From Polymyxa betae A26-41 (Eukaryota; Protista; Endomyxa: Phytomyxea): a stretch of DNA of 64,000 nt. This document shows positions 50,471 through 61,686 of the stretch, in pieces (the stretch's first letter is position 1; each line of letters starts with the position of its first letter). The stretch spans positions 17,481 through 81,480 of the forward strand of contig RBZT01000680.1 of NCBI GenBank assembly GCA_003693705.1, in the 5' to 3' direction. The notes below the pieces were generated by a model. That model was given only the letters and a program-made list of their open reading frames with translations. It did no database searches and was not told the origin of the DNA. The translations under genes and the position numbers were made by a program.

Positions 50471-51738
50471 TTATGTGCTTTTGATTCCGACATGACGCCA
50501 TGTGTTTATAATTGTTTCCGCTGTTATGCGGTTCCATGTGTCTAAAGCCCATTGGGCTACGATCTGGCGAGAAGGTTTTTCTCGAACTTCTCTCCGAGCG
50601 ATAACGAATTCCACCTGGGACTCTCTACAATACTGTTTGAATGGTTTGTTGATTCCTACGTCTAAGATTTGAAGTTGGGACGTGTACCCGTTAACGACAA
50701 ATTCCACCTAGTTCCGCCTAAGAGTGTGATTTTAAGCATTCAAGTTTTGTTCTCACAAACCTCAGTTCCTAGCTGCTCGAAAGAGCTAACAATTTCTTGG
50801 CTCATGTGAGCAGAAAATACGTCCATTATTAGATAGGAATATTGTGCAGATCGCTGCAGCAGCCATGGTCGCCAAACCCTAGAGATCCATTCTTTCATTA
50901 CTGCTATATCGCACCAGGCGTTCTCCTGAACAGTCATAACGACATTTGCAGGATAACCTCGAGCAGTACAGTTGCCGGTGACTTCCTTATACACGTGGGC
51001 CTTTGGTTTGCCCTTAAATATAAGAAACAAGGGCGGCTTTTCTCCTGACAACGAAACCCCTAAGATTGCGGTAGCCCTTCCAGAAGACCCAGTGGAAACA
51101 ACATCAATGGTACGACTTCCCCGTCGCTCTATTGTTGTTGTCATTGGGTTGTCAAATGGAACGTCAGTTTCGTCGATGTTGACAATCAGCTCAGGGGGAA
51201 GTTGCATCATGGCTATGTGCTCATTAAGGCATGCAACAAAATCAGCGATTGTGTCAGCACAATGTCGTGTATTTTGAGCCGTATGTGTGGCTCGGTGCTG
51301 TACTAGCTTTTCGCGATGCAAGAATCTATATATGCGCTTTCGTAGGGCCACAGGATTGCCGGCCAGAAAACCTGGGCGAAACCTACACCATTAATCCAAC
51401 CCCTAACCCTAGGTTCGCAAGAAACCCGCTTACCGTTGAGATTCGTGCAGCAATATCGACTCAGAAACTGGCACAGAACGTGCCCTCTCAACTTCAAAGT
51501 ACTGTAGAAGGTGGTCATAAACATCCTGGTCCTCGACATGAACAGAGCTACTAGGACGCTGCATTTTAGCACCCGATTTCCTAATTTCCACATCTAGAAG
51601 CTTCTTCCATCGTTTAATATTTCGGAGATCAACATGGTATTTCTTTGCTGTTGCATAGACCCGACCAGGCTCTTCATAAGCCTCTCGCGAGATGGCTTTC
51701 TTCTCCAGAAGAGTGTAGCGAGACATTCCACGACCCAT
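50471..51738 (-). pseudogene. pogo transposase (HTH + DDE_1); intron 50708-50760
   Basis: YTLLEK..NIKRWK, NIDETDVPFD, LIFKGK, QENAWCD, LIMDVFSAH, GYTSQLQILDVGINKPFK. Confidence 0.9.
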
Positions 51739-51999
51739 GCTAAACGGATATGTGAATACGCATGGGCAAGCCGCATACCGTTAGAATCTATTTTTAAAAA
51801 GCTATACAGTAGTGTAGTCAGTGAGAAAAAATACACCGAATCGATTCAAAACTCCCGGCGAAACAGCCACTACCCTATCAAATCAGTATCCATTTTATCA
51901 GATCCGTAGTGGCTATTTCCCCGGGATCTACGGTACATTGAACATCGCGATTATGAACCTGAGCTTGGCTTCATTGTCTGTCAAAGAGATCCTGATGAA

Positions 52000-52400
52000 C
52001 TTATGACTTACACTGATCGTCGTCAAATAATGAGGGAGCTTACGTCGTCCGGAGAACATGCTAAAAGTTTCGCTGCTGAAGGTAACCAAAGTGGTGGCTT
52101 GGCGAACTGAATATAGATTCTTTCCTAAGTCTGGGACCACAAGAACTTTGTGGAGAGAGAATGCTCATAACGATCCTAGTTGTGTCAAGGCGTTGTCGAC
52201 AGAATTCTCTCCAAAATGGGATTTACCTTTTTTTGGGTGAGCAATCGCTGTTACTAGGAATGAACATCCGACGCAGTGCATCATATGGCGACGTCTTTAC
52301 GATCAACACGGCTATATTGACGAGCTCCGAAGCACGGTCATCATGTTGAATTGCAAATTTGTTAACATTCCCCATCAGACCGGGGGCATCCGCAAGAAGA
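52000..52400. pseudogene. Short copia fragments
   Basis: Minus strand VPDLGKNLYSV; plus strand LGEQSLLLGMNIRR. Confidence 0.45.
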
Positions 52401-54598
52401 CATCAAGCTGTGCAAAGCATGGCTGCATGATTCTCAGGATTTTATTAACGGCTGCGATCAGAAAGCTGACACGTTTTGGAATTAGGTCGCTGAATGTTTT
52501 AATTCATGAATTCGAAAACTTTCGAGAATATCTTTAGGGTCCTTTGTTGCAATCGGGTTGGTCACCAATACGAGCAACGGTCTCGAAGTTTTGCTGTGTC
52601 TATCAATCAGTAGTTAACCTGTAGAAATCGGGCTGGTCGCCCGAAGACTTCCTTAAAGAGGCACTGCCCCAATACTGAGATCAATCACTTCGGAACCAGC
52701 CGTTCACGGCATTACCGTGCTGGGAGATTCTTCGCCGCGTTCCAAAATGGAGCTCGTACACGGACCTTCCTAGAAAGAAGGGGGATGAGAAACGCGCTGC
52801 GGATCAGGCTTCGGCAATAGATTCGCAGAACCAAGAGCCTATAGATTCATCGCATTATCAGAATGCGCACCAGCGCTTGCTGTTGGAACAAAAAAAGGGA
52901 AAAAAAATTCGCCCATCACCAAGTCTTTAGACAAAAAAAAACAAAAAACTAATAGATGCCGAGAAGGTAAAACAGGTAGCGGGAAAGATCCATTCTGCTC
53001 AGAGCATCCGCGTTTTGATTTGTGGTTCCCTTTTGTAGCGGATCTCGTAATCGAACGCCTCGATTGCTTCCCAGATCCGGCATTACTTCGCGTCGTCTGT
53101 CTTCTTCCGGAGGAATTCGAACGGCTTATGATCTGTCTCGATGACGAATTGCTGACCCTCGAGGAAGCATCTCCACTTCTTCAAAGCTTGCCGGATGGCC
53201 ACCGCTTCGCCGCGTCGGGGTGAGTACGATTGCTCTTTCCCTATGCATTTTCGGGACAGGCACGCCAATGGATAATCGTTGTCATCGTCGTCTCGTTGGC
53301 TCAGCACCGCTCCGATCGCTCGACTGGAGTAATCGGTCTCTACCACGAAAGGCCGCGGGAAGTGAGGGTGACAAAATACCGGGCGGTTAGTCGCAAGCAA
53401 CCTGATGCTTTCGAAGGCCTCCTGATGCTCCTCGTCCCAACGTCACTCCGCCGCTTTTGCTGTCAGATCGGTCAATACTGCAGGGATATTTGCGAATCTT
53501 TATATGAAGTGGGAATAGTATCCGGCTAGCCCAAGGAAGGTACGCAAAGTTGCTTTATCTTTGGGGGTCGGGTAGTCTCCGACCGTCGCCACTAGTCGTC
53601 GATCCGGACGCACGCCCCCGGCGCATATTTGATGGCCTAGAAATGTCACTTTTCTTTTGCAGCAGTGATGTTTTCCGCGGGTTTTTTGTCAAACCGTGGT
53701 CTTGGAATCGTTGGAATACCCGCTCTAACTTCTCCATGTGCCCGTCAAGGGTTTTAAAGAACGCCAAGACGTCATCCATGTACACCAAGCAATCCGTTTA
53801 TGAAAGACCGGCCAATACCTTCCCCATCAATGGGCAATGCGTGGCGGGGGCGGACTTCAGTCCGAAGGGTATGCGGTTCCATTAGAATAGGCCTTCGCGC
53901 GTCACGAAACCCGTTTTGGCTTTGTCTTCTTCGGCCATGAGATGCCAGGTTCGAAGACCGAAAAGAAGCCTGCACCCCTCATAACCGCCAACGCCTAGTC
54001 GATTCGTGGCATCGGATAAGCATCCGCCACAGTCATATCGTTCAGCTGTCTGTAATCGACGTTGAATCGGTAGGTTCCGTCATTCTTTCGGATCAACACG
54101 ATGCCTACTCCCCATGGACTGCGTGCAGGGCGGATGATGGCTGCGCTCAGAAGCTTTTCCACAGTCTCCGCGACGTGATGCTCAAGGGTCGGGAGGCGGC
54201 GTCGTGACCTCTTCAACACGGGCTAGGCTCCCGGCACCAATTCGATCTTGTGCACCTCCGTCGTGGTCTTCCCGATGGGGTGGTGCTCCGAAATAAAGTT
54301 TTCGGCCCCACCAATGATTCATTGGCGGACCAGTGTTGCAGTTACGTCATCAAGGGCGTCGCAGTAGACGTCGATGCTTCCGAGGACTTGTTGCTGCTGT
54401 GGAGTCAAGGAATCGTTTCTTGAGCCACCTCCTTCCCTCGCCGCCGGCGTCGTTGCGTTCCCCAAAAAGGCATTGGGCTCGACCGCGGTGTGGGAGGCCC
54501 CAACGTGGGTATTCTGTTCGTATGACGACAAACCGTTGCTCCAGGGCACGTGGCATTCCATTCGGGGAGGGGTAACCCCCTCCTCGACGACGACTGTT

Positions 54599-55030
54599 TG
54601 TCATGCCCATTGAGCATGACAGTACTCGCAGCCGCCCAGCCGACCACCAGTGGAAGAGCCCTAACTGTCACGGACTGCGCGGGTCCACTCGTCTCCCTAC
54701 TATGAATGGCGAGNNNNNNNNNNNNNNNNNNNNNNNNNNNNNNNNNNNNNNNNNNNNNNNNNNNNNNNNNNNNNNNNNNNNNNNNNNNNNGCTCCGCCTC
54801 CGTCTCACCCGCACCGCTCCGTACGTCCTTCCTACGCTCCACTACGATCCCCTCACCGCTCCACTCCGACCCTCTCTCCGCTCCACTCCGTGCCCCGCCG
54901 CTCCGCCTCCGAGGACTCCCTGACGTCGCTCCGTTGCAGGACACCGGTCCCCCGCGTCCTACCCTCTGCTCCCGAGTCATCGCACCGCTTATCTAACCAA
55001 TAAAAGGGGACTTTTTACTCGATCCTAACA
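54599..55030 (+). repeat. Solo LTR with 5-bp TSD CTGTT (contains an N gap)
   Basis: TGTCATGC...AATAAA...CCTAACA; CTGTT at 54594-54598 and 55031-55035. Confidence 0.85.
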
Positions 55031-56468
55031 CTGTTGCCTCCAGAGCGCGTAGTACATCCATGCCGAGGATGACACCGGCGGAAAGCTTCTCACTCACGAC
55101 GACCTACGCTGTCGTCGTTCTGCCACCAATCTCCAACACAATTTTCGTCTGCCCGCTCGGGCTGACCCTCTCTAGCAAAGCCGCACATCGTCACATTCGC
55201 CGGTCGAACTTCGCTTCCTAACGCGGTCGCAATCGCGCTCCGGATCAAGCTGATTTCGGCGCCCGTATCCACCAGAACTTGGTGTGGTCGGCCCCCTGCA
55301 CGCATTTCAATCATCGCGAGTTGCGCCGGGCGGCGGTCTGTCTGGACAGCAGGGATTAGCAGTCCACCTGGGTCCCAGGTGGTTAGGGCGGCTGCTGCCG
55401 CCCCGCCTCCTCTTTAAGATTCCGTCGTCGACGCCGCTGGCTCGGCGGGCGCCGGCGCCGGGGTCGCTGTCGTCGTGGCACCTGTCTGCTTCGGGCATTC
55501 GAATTGGAAGTGAGCCGCGTCGCACGCCTGGCAGTGTTCCCTCGAACTGGCCGTATCGCACGTCCTGAAGCTGTAAGCGTCGGTCTGGCGCGTCCGGCAT
55601 TTCCAGTTTTTCTTCGTTGTCGCATTCTGTTTGTTGTCCGCCGTTCCGACGCTGTTCACTTTCACGGTCTGTGCCGTCTGAGCTTCTCGTCGGCGTTCGC
55701 AATACAAGCACTGGCGGATGAAGTCGATCCTCTCGTCGTCGTCCATGTCCCGGATCCGATTCGAAAAGTTATGGCTTCGCTCCAGCATTTCCCGCGTTTT
55801 ATCGTTCAGAGTCGCACGGTATATGCTGTAGACCATCTCGGCCTCGCCCGCTGCATGTCGTTGGCCACGAACTCGTTCGATGCCACATCTAGTCGGTAGA
55901 GAAAATCCGGCAGATGCTCATCTTTGCCCTGGTGAAAGGCCATCGCCGCCTCCTTCCACCGGCGTTCTGATCCCGCCGCCGTATCACCGGAGATGCGCTC
56001 GCGGGCGTCAATCAGTACTTTCTCATACGGAGTGTCCGGTCGTTGGCGTGACGACGCCCCGATCACGGCCGGCAGACGCGGGTTCGCGTACCGAGTCTCC
56101 ATATAGGCCTGTATACGTCGTCGCGGGCTGCATCGCAACGTCGTACTGCCGCGATCGCCACCGCGAGCCAGATGACGACTGCTTGCGTTTTCTTCCAGGG
56201 GTCTTTATCGCAAGTTTGGAGCTTCGGTGCCACCAACGGACTCTCCGAAGAAGCCGTCATCCTTGGTGCTGGCTTCGGTATTCGCTGGGCATGTACTGGC
56301 TCCAGAGCTGCTTCTTCTTGCTCTTGACCGAAAGATGACTCGTTTTTGACCTTTGTATTTTCTGTGACGTATGCTGCCTGGGTCAGGTTGGCATTTTCCT
56401 TTTCCAGTTGCTCGATCCATTCCCTGGCCGGTTTCAGCTCGCTCAACGTGTCTTCCAGCTGCGTCAGA

Positions 56469-56746
56469 TGTCATGACTTCGTCACGACAATTAGAAGTTC
56501 TCGAACTTTTCAGTAACTCAAAAAATATCTCGTGTGACTGTGTTTTATTACATTACTACAAATTAAACTACTGCTTCTGATCGGGCTGAACCTTAGGCCT
56601 CAGCCCGATCAACGAACATTCCTACCAACATCACTTGCTTTGTCGCTCCCGCCTTCTTAGATATTCATCTCCTCTTCTCTTCTCTTCTTCCTCTTTTCTT
56701 CCTCTTTTCCCCATTTCTCGACTCCTGTAGAAGTTGGCTAATAACA
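56469..56746 (+). repeat. Solo LTR-like insert flanked by a 25-bp direct duplication
   Basis: TGTCATG...ATAACA; CAACGTGTCTTCCAGCTGCGTCAGA at 56444-56468 and 56747-56771. Confidence 0.8.
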
Positions 56747-56892
56747 CAACGTGTCTTCCAGCTGCGTCAGACGTTGTAGGACTTCTTCCATGGACTTTGC
56801 TAGGCCCTTATTATCGTTACCGGATGTAGACATGCTCCCCAATTAATAAAAGCTATTATGTGTAAGCGAGGGTTCGCCTGGGGTGAAAGTAT

Positions 56893-58751
56893 TTAGGAAA
56901 GCCCTGAAGAAATCGAGAAATGAATGCAAAAGCGGTTAGTTAGTAGGAAATTAAAATCGCTTCTATAATAAAGGTCTCCATTTCTTTTGCCGACAGCGAT
57001 AAGTTGTTTTGTTGGCATAGTGTACAGTCGAACCTCACTGTCGTCAAAGGCAGTTCCGTTATCAGCCGCTGCTGTAACTGAAAAATAGCTATTAGTTAGA
57101 GCGTGGATGTGATTTAGGTGATGTAGCGTTAAACGAATAGAGCTGGTGTCATCCGGCTGATATATGATGAGATTTACAGTGCCGGTACCTGCTACAGTGA
57201 CTACGGAGTTTGCCGCAGTCGCAACATGCTTACTGTCAGGAGGCAGTACCTGATAGTCAGTGAAAGCGCTGCGGTCTCCGAAGGCATGTGATGTACACCC
57301 GCTATCAACCATTAGTTGAATATCGCCCCCTGTATTTTGAGGGCTTACAATCCCTTGACTACTAATAGAGTCGTTTGGATAAGCGTTAAATTTTGGCTGT
57401 TTATTAAGCATATGTTCGATTAATGACCCAAATTGGTCATTTTTCTTATCCTTTTGCCTTTGTTTTGTGGATCTTTGGCTTTGGATTTCTGCTTGTCGGC
57501 CTTCTTGCGTAGATAGGCCTCAATGTTTTGCTTGCGGATCAGGCAGTCGGGCTCAGAATGACCCTTGTTGCTGCAGAATGTGCATGCGTCCTTGCTGTTG
57601 CCGGTCCGCTGGCGTTTAGCAGGGTGTGGTGCCGTGCTGGAAGGCGTCTGGCCTTTGCGTTGAGCAGCCATAGTCATCCGAAGGCGGATCTTGAGATCAC
57701 TCCATGTCAGGGAGCGATTCGTGATGTCGTTCAGAGCGTTCGGGTCGTTGAGTTCGTTCCCAATGATGACTGCGAGTCGCCGGTCCGTGATGTGAGTATC
57801 GCCGAGCTGGGCGATGTACGCGGCCATGGAGTCGACCCTATTGATGAACGTGTCCAGCTTGGAGAGTTCGGATGGGAAGGGAAGAGCCATGAGTTCGGAC
57901 TCAAGCTGCAGAGATCGCAGCTCCTTCTGTTCGGGCTTACCGGACCCGAATTCCGACTCGAGATGCCGGAGTAGTTGAGCGGGGGTCTGCACGTAATGCG
58001 CTCCGCGGAGGACTTCGTCGCTGAGCTGGTCCTTGATGAAGTCAAGGGCCGCTGAAGTCGTGACGTGGAAGAAGGACGTGGCCTTGTAACAGCTGCAGTA
58101 GCCGTGCTCGTTGCTGTAGGGACAAGTGTCATTGTCTATGATAAAACCATAGAGGTGGCACTGTCGCAGCTTGTTCTCGAGCCGATCGCGCCAGATGGTG
58201 TAGTTGTCGACACCTTTTAGCCGCTCTTGTGGAGGGAAGGGCTGCGGGAGGCGGATCTGGGAGAATGAGGCGCTGTCGTAGCCGAGGAGGATGTGGTGTG
58301 ATTCAGCGTTTTGTGGTAGCTGTGTCTGAGTGGACGAGCCCTGCTGGGCGCTGCCATGTTGAGGCGGCGGTGTGTTGCCGTCGTTGCTGGGCTGGGCGTC
58401 CGAAGAAGCGCCTAGCTGCGGGGAGTTGGCGGCGCCGTCGTTATCAGCATTGTCGTTGTCAATGATAGGGTCGACGACGTTTACAGAGCCGATGCTGGCG
58501 CCAGTATCGCCTGAGATCGCGTCGGTGTCGTGATGGTCCATAACCTATCGAACAAGATCGCTAGAAGAATTGATGTCACAATTACAAGAATGTAAGCGAA
58601 GTGATGTCTCAATTTATTCATACACGAAAGAGATGGCTAGAGCTGGTCTCGGCGTCATCGCGGAGTGGATGGCTTTGACAGCAATACCGGGAATAGCGAG
58701 GGCCTTGATAGATTCGGGAATATATGAATAAACATATAATTTTATCTAACA
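56893..58751 (-). mobile_element. 5' half of a copia element: LTR (58546-58751), PBS, gag (57420-58541), protease
   Basis: TGTTAG start; PBS GGTTATGGACC overlapping the gag ATG; LKGVDNYTIW; CTFCSNKGHSEPDC; MVDSGCTSH. Confidence 0.9.
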
Positions 58752-59119
58752 AATATTTACCCCAATTATTATTCTGTTTTCAATTCCGAGTGTCGGCGGA
58801 GTTTTATTTAGATTGTATTGTGAATTCCAAGAATTCTGTCCTTGCGCAATTCATAAAAGCCCTAGAATAAAAAACCCCGTGGCCGGTTTTATTGGTCTGA
58901 GCCCGGTTTTCCTGAATGAGGAATCTGTTTTAAATGAGTCATCTAAGACGTAGATTTGCTGTAAATCTGGGCATTAAGCCCCAGAATCGTTAAAGAAGGC
59001 TCGTATCATAAAACGTCCCATTTTGGCCCATTTGGAAGGGACAAATATCCGGTTTTTGGCACGAGACCCCTCGAATCCCGAGAATCAGACTCTAGCCTCG
59101 AATACAATCATTTTGATTC

Positions 59120-60134
59120 ATGTTTACCAAGGACCTGCGCTGGTGATGTCTAGTTTTGCATTACATTTATTCAACTTCGTTAGGAAACGTGGCCCTAATA
59201 ATGGGAGTCTCTCAGCGTTCCGTAAACAGGTGGATGTCGCTTTTCGAAAAATCTGGAGACGTAGTTCCCGACGTTCCCAGACAGAAATCAGCACGATGGC
59301 CCGAAGAAGTTTACGTCTTCGCAAAGCAATTCGTCGAAGGCAACCCGCTCTTTTATATTCAGGAATTGCAGGAGCAGCTGTGCGAAACCTTTCCAGACGT
59401 CGGAAACTTCTCTTCGCCCACGATTTGTAGAGCTCTCCGCCACGATCTTAAACTGTCTAGGATGGTTCTGGAGAAAAGAGCTCGGGAAAGTGTCCCAATT
59501 CATCTGAAAGAATATTTCTACGAACTCTCAGAACTGTATTCTTACCCGGGCAGCTCATGTTTATAGATGAAACCAGTAAGGACCGCAGAGATTCCCTGAG
59601 ACGTTACGGCTGGTCGAGAATCAATACGCCAGAGATTGTACACCAGCCTTTCTCTCGTGGAGGGAGAGTCTCTGTTCTAGCCTCTTTCGATACGTCCGGA
59701 TTTTGTGCTTGGGAGTGCACAAAAGGAACCTTCACTAGGCAGAGATTTCATACCGCTTTCGTGAAGACAATTGCACCCTTACTGCAGCCGTGGCCGCTCC
59801 CTCGAAGTATTGTTATTCTGGATAATGCTAGGATTCATATGTACAGGGAGCTGGAAAAGGTCGTTCATGCATGCAGCGCCAGGATAGTTTATCTTCCCCA
59901 TATTCGCCCCAGTTGAACCACATAGAAAAAGGGTTCGGCTTGCTGAAACTATGGCTGAAAAGGAACGCTGACCATTTCTTTCGAGAAAGCCCGGAGCTGG
60001 TTCTCGACGTGGCCATGAAAGAATGCATCAGTTTAAAGAATTCGGGACACGCCTTCTACGCTTCATGTGGTTATGGAGACAGTGCATTAATTCGGGAATT
60101 GTTTGGGTTATACAAAGTCTACAATTCGCTCTGA
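59120..60134 (+). pseudogene. IS630/Tc1-like DD34E transposase
   Basis: HTH GVSQRSVNRW, FIDET, ILDNARIH, PYSPQLNHIE. One stop and two frameshifts. Confidence 0.9.
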
Positions 60135-60140
60135 CGTAAA

Positions 60141-61207
60141 TTATTCGTCTTCCATGTGATCTACATCATCGATGTCATGTTCCACATTCAGTGGAACGTT
60201 TGGTTCCCTTTCGTGGAAAATCTCTCTATCGAATAAAGGATACATCGGTAATCCAAGGAGTCTTCGTAAGGTCGGCAAATGTACAGAAAGCGTCCCTGCA
60301 TCAGAATGTTGCCATCGGATTGGCAGCTGTCCCCATTCGGCTTCAGCAGGATCCTCTCCCTGCCGCTCTCTAAGGTTGTCGAGTCTCATGGCTTGCGAGA
60401 TAGCCATGTTCCCGTCCGAAACTTGCATAATTGGATCGGGATTGACTTGGCGTGCACGCTGCCTTGACCAGACGTTCAAAGCTATTGCTCCGACTCGGAC
60501 GTTGGTGTCCGGATCGATCGGATTCGTCTGTATATGCTCGAGTATCTCTTCCCGAGCTTCGGATATTCTCCCTGCTGTGGCCCTGCGACGCCCTGAACTC
60601 GTGTTAGTCGTATTCGAGCGAGACTGTTGACGTGATTCGGGAATAAATACGTGGATTGGAATCGTGACATCCTGCCGAGCTAGATGCTGCCGTCTGAGAG
60701 CATTGTTCCAAACTTCCGATATCGTCGTAACGAAATTTTCTTCATTGAGCGCGACGAATCGTGATTGGGAGCTCTCGAGCGTCGGCTTGATCTTGATCTT
60801 CAAATCGGCCAAATATTGCCAGCGAACGCAAGCGGCAGTCTGGATAGAAGGTGCTGCAAGATAATTGGATGAAGCACAGCAAATCCCTGACTGAAATTGA
60901 AAGGGATTGACGAGGATTCGGCAGCTGCAATTCTATTGCGTCGTTGTTTGCTGTCGTCTCCTCGCCAAACCGTCAATGTTGCGATCAGCTCCTCCCTAAC
61001 ATCGACTAGGGGCAACCTGGGGGGCCGCCGAGAAACTGCTGCCCGGCGACCATGCTGCGGCGAACCCACGACAATGGCAGCAAGCGGCTGGCTGTCTTCC
61101 GACATGACATTAATAAATAGATCGTTTGAGGTACAAATGGTCTTTATTTGAGGTAAATTACGACCTCGAACGTCAATACGAAACCGTTTGGCCCCTTCCA
61201 GAGGCAA
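60141..61207 (-). pseudogene. Unknown protein convergent with the IS630/Tc1-like transposase (one frameshift at ~60805)
   Basis: Two overlapping ORFs (135 + 223 aa); the stop lies 6 bp from the transposase stop. Confidence 0.6.
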
Positions 61208-61686
61208 AACTTGCTCAACCGCAGGATATAAGGGAACGCAGCCGGGATTTAGAAAAATGCGTGGCCGGATATAGATGCCACCTCCTTAGGACAGAAAATA
61301 TGAAAAGCACAGTATTTCCAGAAAAAGGTGGAGGCAAAATGAAAAAGGTGGAGGCACTACATTAAAACATCCACACACTTTTATATATTTTATTTTTAGA
61401 ATATTTAAAAATTATTAAAAAATATAGTGTTTTTAGTGTATTTTGTATGGAAATACAGTATACACATTTTAACCCATTTTTCATTGTAATCATTTAAAAT
61501 TAAAGGTTATAAAGGTGTGGAGGTTGTTGGATCTGAATCTTTATTATATCCATCTTCCCCTAATCCAGAAATGCTTCCAAGAATGCCGCCACGCTGCCGT
61601 GGTCAAACACATCAAGGAAATTCGGTCTGACCACCGATCATTCTACCGTCAGGAAATAAACACTCCGAAAATTCTCGTCCAATCTC

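Larger units (their letters stand above)
49909..51933 (-). mobile_element. pogo-family DNA transposon with two convergent genes
   Basis: 25-bp TIRs CCGTAGATCCC(C/G)GGGAA(A/T)TA(G/A)CCAC with TA on both sides. Confidence 0.92.
52980..56833 (-). mobile_element. Gypsy-C gag-pol remnant (gag, protease, RT, RNase H), interrupted by two solo LTRs
   Basis: gag ATG at 56833; VLVDTGAEIS; SPWG..YRFNVDYRQLN; VYMDD; VETDYS..IGAVL; ETDHKP. Confidence 0.9.

Noticed and set aside
58760-61320. TIRs for the IS630/Tc1-like element
   Set aside because: Only short CGTGGCCGG/CCGGATAT similarities; no TA-flanked inverted pair.
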